From contig JAZAAK010000047.1 of assembly GCA_036138175.1 (NCBI GenBank), positions 1 to 63,460 on the forward strand: a stretch of 63,460 nt of DNA, given 5' to 3'. Positions 35,969 through 46,202 of this stretch are shown here, one piece after another (within the stretch, counting starts at the first letter, position 1; each line of letters begins with the position of its first letter). The stretch is from Thermoplasmatota archaeon. GTDB lineage: Archaea > Thermoplasmatota > Poseidoniia > Poseidoniales > Thalassarchaeaceae. Position numbers and translations under genes: made by a program. Under the pieces are notes generated by a model. The model worked only from the letters and a program-made list of their open reading frames with translations. It searched no databases and was not told the origin of the DNA.

Positions 35969-36880
35969 CTAGAATTTTTGGCCGGTTAATCTTTCAAACA
36001 TATCTGCATAAAGAGTTGAGGTTTGATCAATAATTGACTGTGGTAAAGCGGGAATTGGTGGCTCTTCAGTTCCTGCCTCTCTCGCCGCGTAAAGTTCAGA
36101 GTGATGACCGGTCTCTAGGTAATGACCTCTGACAAATTCTTTCGAAAGTTGCACAATCTCTCCCTTGTCATACGCTTCAGCATCCCACCATCTGTCTTCA
36201 TCTAAGGTTCCGAATGAATCCACCAAGACCGGAACTCTGCCTTCTCCTAAGGCGAATTCTTTCTTTCCATCGACATGGATTAATCCACGCTTTGCAGCCT
36301 CGCTCTCGATTATTTCGTCAACCTTGACAACAATTTCGAGAATCGAATCAAATTCCTCGTCGGTAAGATTGGAGATTTCCAATGCCTCCGCTCTATCGAG
36401 TAATCTATCGAATTTTTCGAATTTGGTTGATACCTCAAGGTATGGCTTTGGAAGTTTCACTCCTTCCTCTAGTATGGTTCCAGGTTCAAATCCAAATTCT
36501 TCGGCAGGGGCGTCGCCCCTTGCATATCTTCTCCAACCGCTACCTGCAAGATAATGTCGACAAATCACTTCCAATGGGACGAAGACATTTTCTTGGTCTC
36601 TCGATATTGCACCGGGCTCACGAATAACATCGAATCTTCGCGCTAACACTCTATCGGGTGCATTCATCTCGATAACATGAGTATCACAAATACCTGCTTC
36701 CTCAACAAGTTTGAACCAGTGACAAGAGGTTCTGTTTAGTGACTCTCCCTTTCGAGGGATTAGGCTAGGAATAATTTGGTCGAAAACGCTAATTTGGTCA
36801 GTATACCTAAATTCGATTATATCCGGATTATCTGTACTCCAAACTTGCTTCACCTTACCGTGGTAAATCATCTCGCCCAT
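35969..36880 (-). CDS. purC: SAICAR synthetase
   Basis: GKVKQVWSTD...FRYTDQISVFD, LEVICRHYLAGS, HVDGKKEF, DSFGTLDEDRWW. The ORF-track start at 36904 is a TTG; ATGs are at 36880 and 36871. Confidence 0.9.
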   Translation of the reverse strand: MGEMIYHGKVKQVWSTDNPDIIEFRYTDQISVFDQIIPSLIPRKGESLNRTSCHWFKLVEEAGICDTHVIEMNAPDRVLARRFDVIREPGAISRDQENVFVPLEVICRHYLAGSGWRRYARGDAPAEEFGFEPGTILEEGVKLPKPYLEVSTKFEKFDRLLDRAEALEISNLTDEEFDSILEIVVKVDEIIESEAAKRGLIHVDGKKEFALGEGRVPVLVDSFGTLDEDRWWDAEAYDKGEIVQLSKEFVRGHYLETGHHSELYAAREAGTEEPPIPALPQSIIDQTSTLYADMFERLTGQKF

Positions 36881-37009
36881 ACAACAAGGGCCATTGAAAG
36901 ACAACCTTGAACATTGCTAATACTAATGCTCTTAATTTTTGATGATACTAAAACAAATCACCATGTGATACGGGTCGATTCTATATTCTAACTTCTGTGT
37001 GCTCAATTT

Positions 37010-39058
37010 GTGAATAGAGCCTCTCCGGGTATCGAGAGAATTTTCTCTTTGTCATCAATTGACTCTAAGTCTAGGGTTGTAATTCTAGTCTCAATTTTGT
37101 TAATTTGCTCAATCCCCCATTCGAGCGGACAAGAGACAATTACCGGATGGAACGAAGCCGAAAGTTGGACGGACCATGACCTAAATGCGGCAGTTATACA
37201 TGGAGAACTAGTCTGGGTATTCGGGGATTTGGGGACTGTCAGATTCAGCGAAGACTCCGGCGCAACATGGCAAAATCACACTAATTTAGGAGATTTTGAT
37301 TTAATCTCAGCAGACTCGTACGAGAACTCTATGGCTGTTTTGTCCGCTGAAGGAATAATCTACATGAAAAATAGCTTGGAATCTGAATGGATTATTATCG
37401 AATCTAACCAAGTGGGAATGAAGAGTATCGCCTTAGCAGGAGAAGATTCCCTGATAATTGTAGGAAATGCAGGGTCAATCTGGCAATACACTGATCAAAC
37501 TTGGTGGAATAGGACAACAAGTTTCACTGAAAACCTGCACGATGTTGACTTCAACGGTGCTGAAGACGGATTGGTGGTTGGTAATGCAGGTACCATTCTC
37601 GCTACAGATGATGGAGGCACAACATGGGATTACAGAGAGGCTCCAGACCCAGAATCTTCAATCGTTTCTGTATCTTACTTCAATCCTTACCGCATGTTCG
37701 CAGTAAGTGATTCTGGGCAGATCATATACTCAACGTCCCCTGGTGGATTTGAGTGGCAATTAAGAGAAATTGAATCCGCGGGATACAATACAACACTCGC
37801 GACTAACCTTTCTTCCATTGATGTGGTATCATCCTCAAGAATTCTATTCACAGGACCAGATGGATATCTAGGGCTAAGTCTTGACCAAGGTTTGAATGTT
37901 GAAAGAAATATACTACCTTCAGGAGTAAATACCTCGTTTAACGACCATGCAATGTTCGATTACGTATTAGGAATAGTTGTTGGTGACTCAGGGGTCATCC
38001 TGTTTACTGATAGAGCAGGGGAAAACGAAGATATTGGTTTCCAAATACCCGATTACAATAATTTTGGAGAGTTCGTTGAATATGCAGATGATATGTTATT
38101 AGCAGGATTTATTGCAACAGTAAAGATTGTGATATTCGGAATTTTATTTGGATTCGTAATCGGCTTGTTACTAGCGATGTTGAAAACAGCCCCTACATCT
38201 TTCAAAAATATACTAGAGCGATTTTCTACAACCCAAATCAAAGGACTTGGAGCGATTTGTTCGGTATTTGCATTATGGTTAATCTACTCTGGTCTCAGAA
38301 GGTTTCCTGATTTACAATTGAATGGAATAGAGTACATTTTCACTCCTGTAGGAGACCCCGGAGGATTTGCAATGTTTGGCCTTGGAATTGCGATTTTTGT
38401 TATTTCAATCCAATTTATTTTGGCCGATGAAAAATTAACCGGACCCTTGTTTAAAGTTCGCCCATTGAATTCGTTAGCAACCGTCTACACAGATTTCTTT
38501 CGAAATACGCCACTAATTGTACAATTTATGTTCATTCACTTCGGGCTCAGGTTAGGCATGAGGATTCAACAAGTTATGGAAGGTACATTTGGCGATCCAG
38601 GCATTGATGGAATTGACTACTTCTTCTATGGTGACCGCACCTTCCTTAGTGCTATTTTCACTCTCGGGCTTAATTCAGGAGCATACCAATGTGAAACAAT
38701 TCGAGGGGCGATAGCTGCGATCCCATCTGGTCAAATGGAAGCAGGAAGAAGTATCGGATTGACTTATATGGGGACAATGAAATTAGTAATAATACCACAA
38801 GCAATTCGAATTTGTATCCCACCAATCGGTAACGAAATGGTGAACTTAGTATTGAATTCTTCACTGGCAATGGTTATTGGTTATTCTGAACTTTCACGGC
38901 AGGGGAGACTGATGATCGCGACCACTTTCCAAATATTTTCGGCGTGGGGATTGGTTATGATATCTTATTTTGTAGTCACTTGGACTCTTGCCTTACTTCT
39001 TCGAAGATTAGAGGAGAAAACAAAAATCCCTGGTTTAGGAATTTCAGGAGGTGCTTGA
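37010..39058 (+). CDS. fusion protein: signal/anchor, BNR/Ycf48-like beta-propeller ectodomain, and polar-amino-acid ABC transporter permease
   Basis: The N-terminal roughly 350 aa has Asp-box motifs SEDSGATW and TDDGGTTW. The C-terminal part has permease signatures FFRNTPLIVQFMFIHFGL and AIPSGQMEAGRSIGLTYMGTMKLVIIPQAIRICIPPIGNEMVNLVLNSSLAMVIGYSEL (EAA loop). GTG start. Confidence 0.8.
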   Translation: MNRASPGIERIFSLSSIDSKSRVVILVSILLICSIPHSSGQETITGWNEAESWTDHDLNAAVIHGELVWVFGDLGTVRFSEDSGATWQNHTNLGDFDLISADSYENSMAVLSAEGIIYMKNSLESEWIIIESNQVGMKSIALAGEDSLIIVGNAGSIWQYTDQTWWNRTTSFTENLHDVDFNGAEDGLVVGNAGTILATDDGGTTWDYREAPDPESSIVSVSYFNPYRMFAVSDSGQIIYSTSPGGFEWQLREIESAGYNTTLATNLSSIDVVSSSRILFTGPDGYLGLSLDQGLNVERNILPSGVNTSFNDHAMFDYVLGIVVGDSGVILFTDRAGENEDIGFQIPDYNNFGEFVEYADDMLLAGFIATVKIVIFGILFGFVIGLLLAMLKTAPTSFKNILERFSTTQIKGLGAICSVFALWLIYSGLRRFPDLQLNGIEYIFTPVGDPGGFAMFGLGIAIFVISIQFILADEKLTGPLFKVRPLNSLATVYTDFFRNTPLIVQFMFIHFGLRLGMRIQQVMEGTFGDPGIDGIDYFFYGDRTFLSAIFTLGLNSGAYQCETIRGAIAAIPSGQMEAGRSIGLTYMGTMKLVIIPQAIRICIPPIGNEMVNLVLNSSLAMVIGYSELSRQGRLMIATTFQIFSAWGLVMISYFVVTWTLALLLRRLEEKTKIPGLGISGGA

Positions 39059-39889
39059 ATGAGTGACGTAGTTCTGTCAGTTCGTGATTTACAAAAGATC
39101 TACCCAGGAGGCGTTCATGCAGTAAGAGGTGTCGACTTCGATGTTCATGAAGGAGAGTCAGTAGCAATAATTGGATCTTCGGGTTCTGGAAAATCTACTG
39201 TTCTTCGATGTATCAATAGATTGATTGAGCCCACTGATGGAGTAATTGAGCTACGAGGAGAACAAATTAACACACCTAGTGCAAATGTAAACGAGGTAAG
39301 AAGTAGAATAGGAATGGTGTTCCAGTCTTTCGAATTATTTTCTCATTTGAAAGTATTAGACAATGTAACTCTAGGTTTACGGCACGTTCGTGGAATGAGT
39401 AAATCTGAGGCAGAAGAAGTGGCTTTAGATGTACTTAAGAGAGTAGATATGCTTGAGAGAATAGATGCCTATCCTGGTAATTTATCAGGCGGTCAAAAGC
39501 AACGTGTTGCGATTGCTAGAGCGTTAGCAATGAAGCCAGAAGTCATCCTATTCGATGAACCTACAAGCGCATTGGACCCAGAGTTGATCGGTTCTGTTTT
39601 GCAGACTATTCGTGGGTTAGCTGATGAGGGGATGACGATGGTTATTGTCACTCACGAAATTAATTTCGCTAGGGATGTTGCAGACAGAATCGTCTATTTG
39701 GATCAGGGCAAGGTAGCTGAGGAAGGCCCTTCTTCGATAATCAACCAGCCAAAGACTGAGCGTCTTCAGAGATTCCTTTCCTCTATGCATGAAGATAAAA
39801 TCCCAGAGGACATCGAAAATCAACTGGTAAGTTCCCAAACAGACCATGGCTATATTCCGGATGGATCTGGTAATCGACCTAGGTCTTGA
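39059..39889 (+). CDS. ABC transporter ATP-binding protein (GlnQ/HisP-like)
   Basis: Walker A GSSGSGKST, signature LSGGQKQRVAIARAL, Walker B ILFDEPTSALD, H-loop VTHE. The ATG abuts the permease TGA. Confidence 0.9.
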   Translation: MSDVVLSVRDLQKIYPGGVHAVRGVDFDVHEGESVAIIGSSGSGKSTVLRCINRLIEPTDGVIELRGEQINTPSANVNEVRSRIGMVFQSFELFSHLKVLDNVTLGLRHVRGMSKSEAEEVALDVLKRVDMLERIDAYPGNLSGGQKQRVAIARALAMKPEVILFDEPTSALDPELIGSVLQTIRGLADEGMTMVIVTHEINFARDVADRIVYLDQGKVAEEGPSSIINQPKTERLQRFLSSMHEDKIPEDIENQLVSSQTDHGYIPDGSGNRPRS

Positions 39890-39894
39890 AGAGT

Positions 39895-41375
<1,481 letters not shown>

Positions 41376-41376
41376 A

Positions 41377-42693
41377 TTAACCAAAGAGATTTCTTTCAGC
41401 CAATTCAGCAACCGTTTTTTCATAGCCTGAGAGAGTCATTACGTATACCACGGCTTGACTAACTTGCCTCTTTTTTAGTGCATCAGCGATTGGAGTGTGC
41501 TCACTCATCTTTCGAGTCTTACCATCATCTCCGATAATTCGAATATCAACCGCATCCATTCTAGGCTCAGATAACAAGAGTTTGACGCTTGGAACATCTA
41601 TTGCAACATATCCTGGTTCGAGACCTGCTCTATGAGCTAGATCATCCTCAACTTCTCTTCTCTTCTTCGAACTATTGGCGATTTCAACTAATCGTTCAAT
41701 TTGTGATTCGGATAAATCGCCCTGTCTTCTACTAGTGGCAACCTTAAGCATCTGACGATATTTTAGTCGTCGCATCATATCTCTAGAGTAATCGCCCGCC
41801 TCGTAAAGTGCCTGCCAAATCTCAGCATCGACACTCCTCTGCATATCTTTTGGCTCCGGTAGCGAATCCTCTGAACGCTCCACGGCTCTACTAAGCATAA
41901 CTTCCGTAACTCTTGTTACTCGATGGAAATACACTGCACTATACATCAAACCTCTAGCAAGTAACATCCCTTCAAGAGAGGCAAGCCCCCCTTCTTCTAC
42001 GGCAATGTCTCCTCCATGCCTTCTAAGACATGAAATCAATCGATGATGATCCACGATTCCGTGCTTAACTCCTGTAAAATGAGAATCCCGTAGTAAGTAA
42101 TCCATCTGATCGCAATCTACCGGGCCGTGAACCAAATGACCGAGGGTTTTGTCCTCTGTCACCAAGTCTTCCTTGCCATCGGTCCAGGATAGTAGGGTTC
42201 TCTCGGAGCCCTTTGCATCCGGACCTCGGATTAAACTTGCAACATCTTCGGGTTCAATATTGTAAGATTCTAGAATATCAGGAATTCTTTTTCTATTTTC
42301 GATACTAGACTCTTCGCCTTCTCGTAAAACATCGTATTCACCAAGAATTATTCCTTCGGTAATTGACATGTGATCGAGTCCTCCCCTCTCATGCAAAATA
42401 TGTTCTAGGGTGTGAGAATATGGTCCATGACCGACATCGTGTAACATGCCAGCAACTTGCACCAAGGTCTTTTCAGATTCGTCTAAAGACATTGCATCCG
42501 CCATCATCCCACCTACTTGTGAGACACCAAGCGAATGTTCGAAACGTGTATGGTGAGCTCCAGGAAATACAAGATGGGCAAGGCCCAATTGTTTGATGTG
42601 GCTTAGTTTGTTCATCTCTGGAGTAGAGAGCAATTCTTCTCTGACTCCATCAAGAGAAATCTGCCCATGTATCGTGTCGTTGATGACCTTCAT
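41377..42693 (-). CDS. HD-domain phosphohydrolase (dNTP triphosphohydrolase / SAMHD1-like)
   Basis: HTRFEHSLGV, LHDVGHGPYSH, DCDQMDYLLRDSHFTGV motifs. Confidence 0.8.
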   Translation of the reverse strand: MKVINDTIHGQISLDGVREELLSTPEMNKLSHIKQLGLAHLVFPGAHHTRFEHSLGVSQVGGMMADAMSLDESEKTLVQVAGMLHDVGHGPYSHTLEHILHERGGLDHMSITEGIILGEYDVLREGEESSIENRKRIPDILESYNIEPEDVASLIRGPDAKGSERTLLSWTDGKEDLVTEDKTLGHLVHGPVDCDQMDYLLRDSHFTGVKHGIVDHHRLISCLRRHGGDIAVEEGGLASLEGMLLARGLMYSAVYFHRVTRVTEVMLSRAVERSEDSLPEPKDMQRSVDAEIWQALYEAGDYSRDMMRRLKYRQMLKVATSRRQGDLSESQIERLVEIANSSKKRREVEDDLAHRAGLEPGYVAIDVPSVKLLLSEPRMDAVDIRIIGDDGKTRKMSEHTPIADALKKRQVSQAVVYVMTLSGYEKTVAELAERNLFG

Positions 42694-42878
42694 GACACAC
42701 CCTACACGATTCCGAGATAACCACCCCCCTTCAACTGAACTGCGACGGATGGATGGTCAAAGTCTGAGAGAATTGGAGAATATTGGCGTAATTTTACCCA
42801 ATTTGTCTTTCAATTGTATTACATTTGCAATACGTTTAATACCCTAAGGCTTTCTCACAGGCTTAGGAGGAAGGTGGA

Positions 42879-43244
42879 GTGGCAGGCCAAAGCCCTATGA
42901 TTTCGTTAAGAATTCCAGAAGACTACTTGCTCGAACTTGAGCGCAGGGTTGGATTCGATGGGATGAGAAACAAGTCTGATGTTATTCGAGAAGCCATTAG
43001 GAGACACTTGGCAACACCTGCTTTTTCCTCCGGCACCCGTATCGAGGTAGAATTGGGGCCGGATCTGAGTGTTCGCTTGGAAGACTTTTGTCGAATCCAT
43101 GGAGAACAACCAGACGTCGTCCTAAGATATGCAGCGCGCGAACACATTGGGCGCTCCTCTACTGACGATGCAACAGTCGACGCGGTGCTAAGTAAGCGCC
43201 TGGAAGAGCTTCGTGCTCGATTTGACGATTCGACTGAACAATGA
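42879..43244 (+). CDS. ribbon-helix-helix (CopG/MetJ-type) DNA-binding protein, apparently with two RHH units in one chain
   Basis: Unit 1 is ISLRIPEDYLLELERRVG...NKSDVIREAIRRHL. Unit 2 is IEVELGPDLSVRLEDFCRIHGEQPDVVLRYAAREHI. AGGAGG lies 8 nt upstream of the GTG at 42879. Confidence 0.6.
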   Translation: MAGQSPMISLRIPEDYLLELERRVGFDGMRNKSDVIREAIRRHLATPAFSSGTRIEVELGPDLSVRLEDFCRIHGEQPDVVLRYAAREHIGRSSTDDATVDAVLSKRLEELRARFDDSTEQ

Positions 43245-43494
43245 GGTGAGAGACATGGGTGAGAATGGGATGCACTCAAACTCCGCGGGGGGGCGGCAAA
43301 GTCGCCCCTCCGCACACACTTCTAATCGAGCAATCTTTACTGTAGGATTCAATGGTCTACGAAAGAGGGCAAAACTATCCAACGCAGTGGGTTACTCGCC
43401 CTCTGATGCCCCTCGACACGAGCGGCTTGACCTTTCAACACGTAGCAGACATCACGATCTAGAGAATCGAGAAAATTGAAACTCAACACACACC

Positions 43495-43517
43495 GTCCCG
43501 CCCAATTCGGGCGGGGC
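43495..43517. promoter_or_regulatory. very stable 9-bp GC hairpin GTCCCGCCC-aattc-GGGCGGGGC in a 425-nt ORF-free region
   Basis: Read directly from the sequence. It is flanked by CACACC-type direct repeats (cacacacc ... gcacacc). Confidence 0.4.
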
Positions 43518-43669
43518 ACACCTAATTTCGCTGATTCATCAGGCTGATCCTTTCTTAGAATACTGGTTTAATTTTCAAATTGAACCAAATCGTTTGCATC
43601 TGATTCAGTTCAAATTACACCCTAGATAGAGCCAATCTTCTTGGGCGGTCTATCCGCCGGTGGGAAACC

Positions 43670-45688
43670 ATGACCGCGAAAGTAGTCGATTCTTCGGCGA
43701 GGTACTTCGCTCACCCCGAAGTTAGAGATTCTCAGTCGGATATGATTACCGATGGTATTGAGGCACTATTATGTGAGGGGAGTTTGCTGGCTTCGGCCCC
43801 CACTGGAATAGGGAAAACCGCTGCCTCATTAGCCAGTGCGATTAACGTAGTGAGATCTTCTTCAGACAATCTGAAAATATTATTCCTAACAGGCCGTCAG
43901 TCGCAACATAGGATAGTTGTAGACACTGTTCAGAAAATTAACCAGAAGCTTGGTACAACCGAGCCTTCGATTAGATTGGTAGATCTAATCGGTCGTGAAG
44001 GTATGTGTCGCAATGTCGATAGAATGAGTGGAAAATGCGACTGCGAAGATGATTTGGACGGCTCGATGAGAGATGAATTGAGAGCTGATATGCAAGCGAA
44101 CATTCTACGAAGGCCTACTCACGTTGATGATTTAATTCAGAATAGTAGACGAGTTAATCTATGCCCTTGGGCAACAGCTAGAGAGGCCGTGAAGAATTGT
44201 GACATATTGGTTTGTGATTACAATCACGTTTTCATTGATAGTGTTAGGGAGGCATCGTTAGCTTCTATGGGAGTAGATATTGAAAACACTATTCTGATTG
44301 TTGATGAGGCACATAACTTGCCGGATAGAGTTCGTAATGGTATGGAACGTCGAATAATCTCCAACACCTTTCGAGATGCACGATTTGAGGTACAAGAACA
44401 CTTAGAAACAGCCATTGAATTGGCTGCGTCAAAGGGAGAAGATGTAGAATTAGACGAAATGGAATGGGCTGAGAGGTCACTAAAACGGCTTCAGTCTCAG
44501 ATGCCAACTTGGTTCTCTGCAAGGGAAAAAGAATTAGCTCGATCAGATGATGAAGATATGCAAATAGAGACTAGAAATCTACTAGAAGAGATGGAAACTA
44601 TCCTTAACGAAACACTCGAAGAACGCCCCGAGGGAAGATTCTCTAGCCTTCATAGACTAGTTGCACAACTATACTCTGTTCGTGTAGATTTAGAAAATGA
44701 GGACGATGATGAAAGAGAAACCAGTAGTGAAAGGTTAGCTGCTTTCATCACCACCTGTGGGCAATATGAAGACTCTTCAGCCCTTGTATTGGTTTTTGAC
44801 AAATTGCTTGATGAGCCAAGAGTGAGATCATTTCTGCTCGACCCAGGTGTGGTCTCCGGGCCTCTTTTCGCTTCTTGCCGTGGTTCTATACTGATGTCAG
44901 GAACATTGTTTCCGGCGGAAATGTATAGAGATTTATTGCGGCTACCTGATACTGAAGAAAGGAAATTTTTCGCTAAGGATTATGATTCACCCTTCTTGTC
45001 GGAAAGAAGGCCGGTATTAGTTGCCCAAAATACCACTTCAAGATATACCGAACGTGGAGAAACCAATACGAACAATATTCGCGACCATGTGATAGAGGTT
45101 TTACGAAATACGCCAGGACATGTTGCGTTATTTGCGCAAAGTTATGCAATGTTGGATATGGTATTGGACGATTACCGCTGGATTCCTTGGGGCATCCAGA
45201 TAGAGAAGGAGAATTCGCGAATGAGTAAGCGGCAAGTCGGGGAAATGGTTGAGAATCTATATCGTAAACGTAGAACTAATGACAGAATCATGCTGTGTGG
45301 AGTGCTTTCAGGTAAATTGGCAGAAGGTGTTGATTATCCTGAAAATATACTAGATGCAGTAATTTGTATTGGACTCCCTGTGCCTCCGCCAAGTGCACGA
45401 CAGAAAGCATTGACAGACTATTGTCAAGATAAATTCGGAATTAACGCTGCAAGAAGATACTCTAGCCATCAGCCAGCGGTAAACAGTGTACTACAAGCGA
45501 TTGGGCGACCAATAAGGAAAGCCGAGGATAGAGCACTTGTAGTGATCCTAGAAAAACGAATTCGAGAAAAACCATACAGATTTTGTATTCCTACAAACCT
45601 AATGGTGATGAGAAGCCCAGACGCCGAGAGAACTGGTCGTCATGCAAAGAGGTTTTTCCAACGCTTTCCGGATCCGGCTATAGAGTGA
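43670..45688 (+). CDS. xpd: XPD/Rad3-family Fe-S DNA helicase
   Basis: Walker A APTGIGKT, DEAH box VDEAHNL, a four-Cys Fe-S cluster pattern (C-x10-C-x-C ... NLCPW) before ILVCDYNH, and C-terminal motifs VLQAIGRPIR. GGTGGG is upstream of the ATG. Confidence 0.85.
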   Translation: MTAKVVDSSARYFAHPEVRDSQSDMITDGIEALLCEGSLLASAPTGIGKTAASLASAINVVRSSSDNLKILFLTGRQSQHRIVVDTVQKINQKLGTTEPSIRLVDLIGREGMCRNVDRMSGKCDCEDDLDGSMRDELRADMQANILRRPTHVDDLIQNSRRVNLCPWATAREAVKNCDILVCDYNHVFIDSVREASLASMGVDIENTILIVDEAHNLPDRVRNGMERRIISNTFRDARFEVQEHLETAIELAASKGEDVELDEMEWAERSLKRLQSQMPTWFSAREKELARSDDEDMQIETRNLLEEMETILNETLEERPEGRFSSLHRLVAQLYSVRVDLENEDDDERETSSERLAAFITTCGQYEDSSALVLVFDKLLDEPRVRSFLLDPGVVSGPLFASCRGSILMSGTLFPAEMYRDLLRLPDTEERKFFAKDYDSPFLSERRPVLVAQNTTSRYTERGETNTNNIRDHVIEVLRNTPGHVALFAQSYAMLDMVLDDYRWIPWGIQIEKENSRMSKRQVGEMVENLYRKRRTNDRIMLCGVLSGKLAEGVDYPENILDAVICIGLPVPPPSARQKALTDYCQDKFGINAARRYSSHQPAVNSVLQAIGRPIRKAEDRALVVILEKRIREKPYRFCIPTNLMVMRSPDAERTGRHAKRFFQRFPDPAIE

Positions 45689-45734
45689 GATTCAGTCAAT
45701 GGATTCATCAAAGTCGGATTCTTCGCGAGGTTGA

Positions 45735-46202
45735 GTGACTATGTGGCGGAAGGTCGAAGTTATGGGTTCCGAGACCCTTGGTGAAGAACTAGATGACAAT
45801 CTGGATAGAGGATTGGATATAGACGCTGAAACCATGCATCAACGTTTTTTGGCAGACCTTCCACATCTTGAATCGGCAAAAAATAATCATAACGAGGTGT
45901 TGACACAGATTTCTGGTAGAATAGATGAGTCAAAGACAAATTCTAGGTCATTGGATTCAGATAGTGTTGCCTTTGATGAATTAGATAGAGAGGCCGCAAA
46001 AGCGGGATTTGACATCGGTTTAGATATGGACTCTCTAACTGAACTTTCGGTAACTACGTCAATAGACGATGGTAGAAGATTAGTCCGAGTGATTGCTCCT
46101 GAACGCTTCGGAGGGATGATTCGCACTCTTTCTGTTCCAGCGTCAATGGATGTTGAGTCGGCAATTATCTCAGATGGAGTTCTTCATCTGAATTTTGATT
46201 GA
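45735..46202 (+). CDS. acidic hypothetical protein with Hsp20/alpha-crystallin-like C-terminus
   Basis: C-terminal IRTLSVPASMDVESAIISDGVLHLNF resembles the Hsp20 ...lP..vd...i.A...nGvL.i motif. Start is uncertain (GTG 45735, ATG 45741 or 45762). Confidence 0.35.
   Translation: MTMWRKVEVMGSETLGEELDDNLDRGLDIDAETMHQRFLADLPHLESAKNNHNEVLTQISGRIDESKTNSRSLDSDSVAFDELDREAAKAGFDIGLDMDSLTELSVTTSIDDGRRLVRVIAPERFGGMIRTLSVPASMDVESAIISDGVLHLNFD

Noticed and set aside
42879-43244. RHH protein as the antitoxin of a toxin-antitoxin pair
   Set aside because: No small toxin-like ORF (RelE, ParE, VapC, etc.) is adjacent on either side. The downstream 425 nt has no credible ORF.
43285-43430. RNase P RNA call, based on CR-I-like GCAAAGTCGCC and CR-V-like ACACGAGCGGCTTGA with a possible P4 pairing
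   Set aside because: The two strands are only about 110 nt apart, far shorter than type A or M archaeal RNase P RNAs. The AAAGUC segment sits in the loop of a strong local hairpin, and the universally conserved bulged U in P4 is not reproduced. It cannot be supported without a covariance-model hit.
42923-43479. ORFs 42923-43315 (-), 43188-43382 (-) and 43213-43479 (+)
   Set aside because: The first is antisense to the RHH gene. The others have Arg/Ser/Pro-rich composition unlike the acidic proteome here, have no SD, and span the GC hairpins. They are more likely non-coding.
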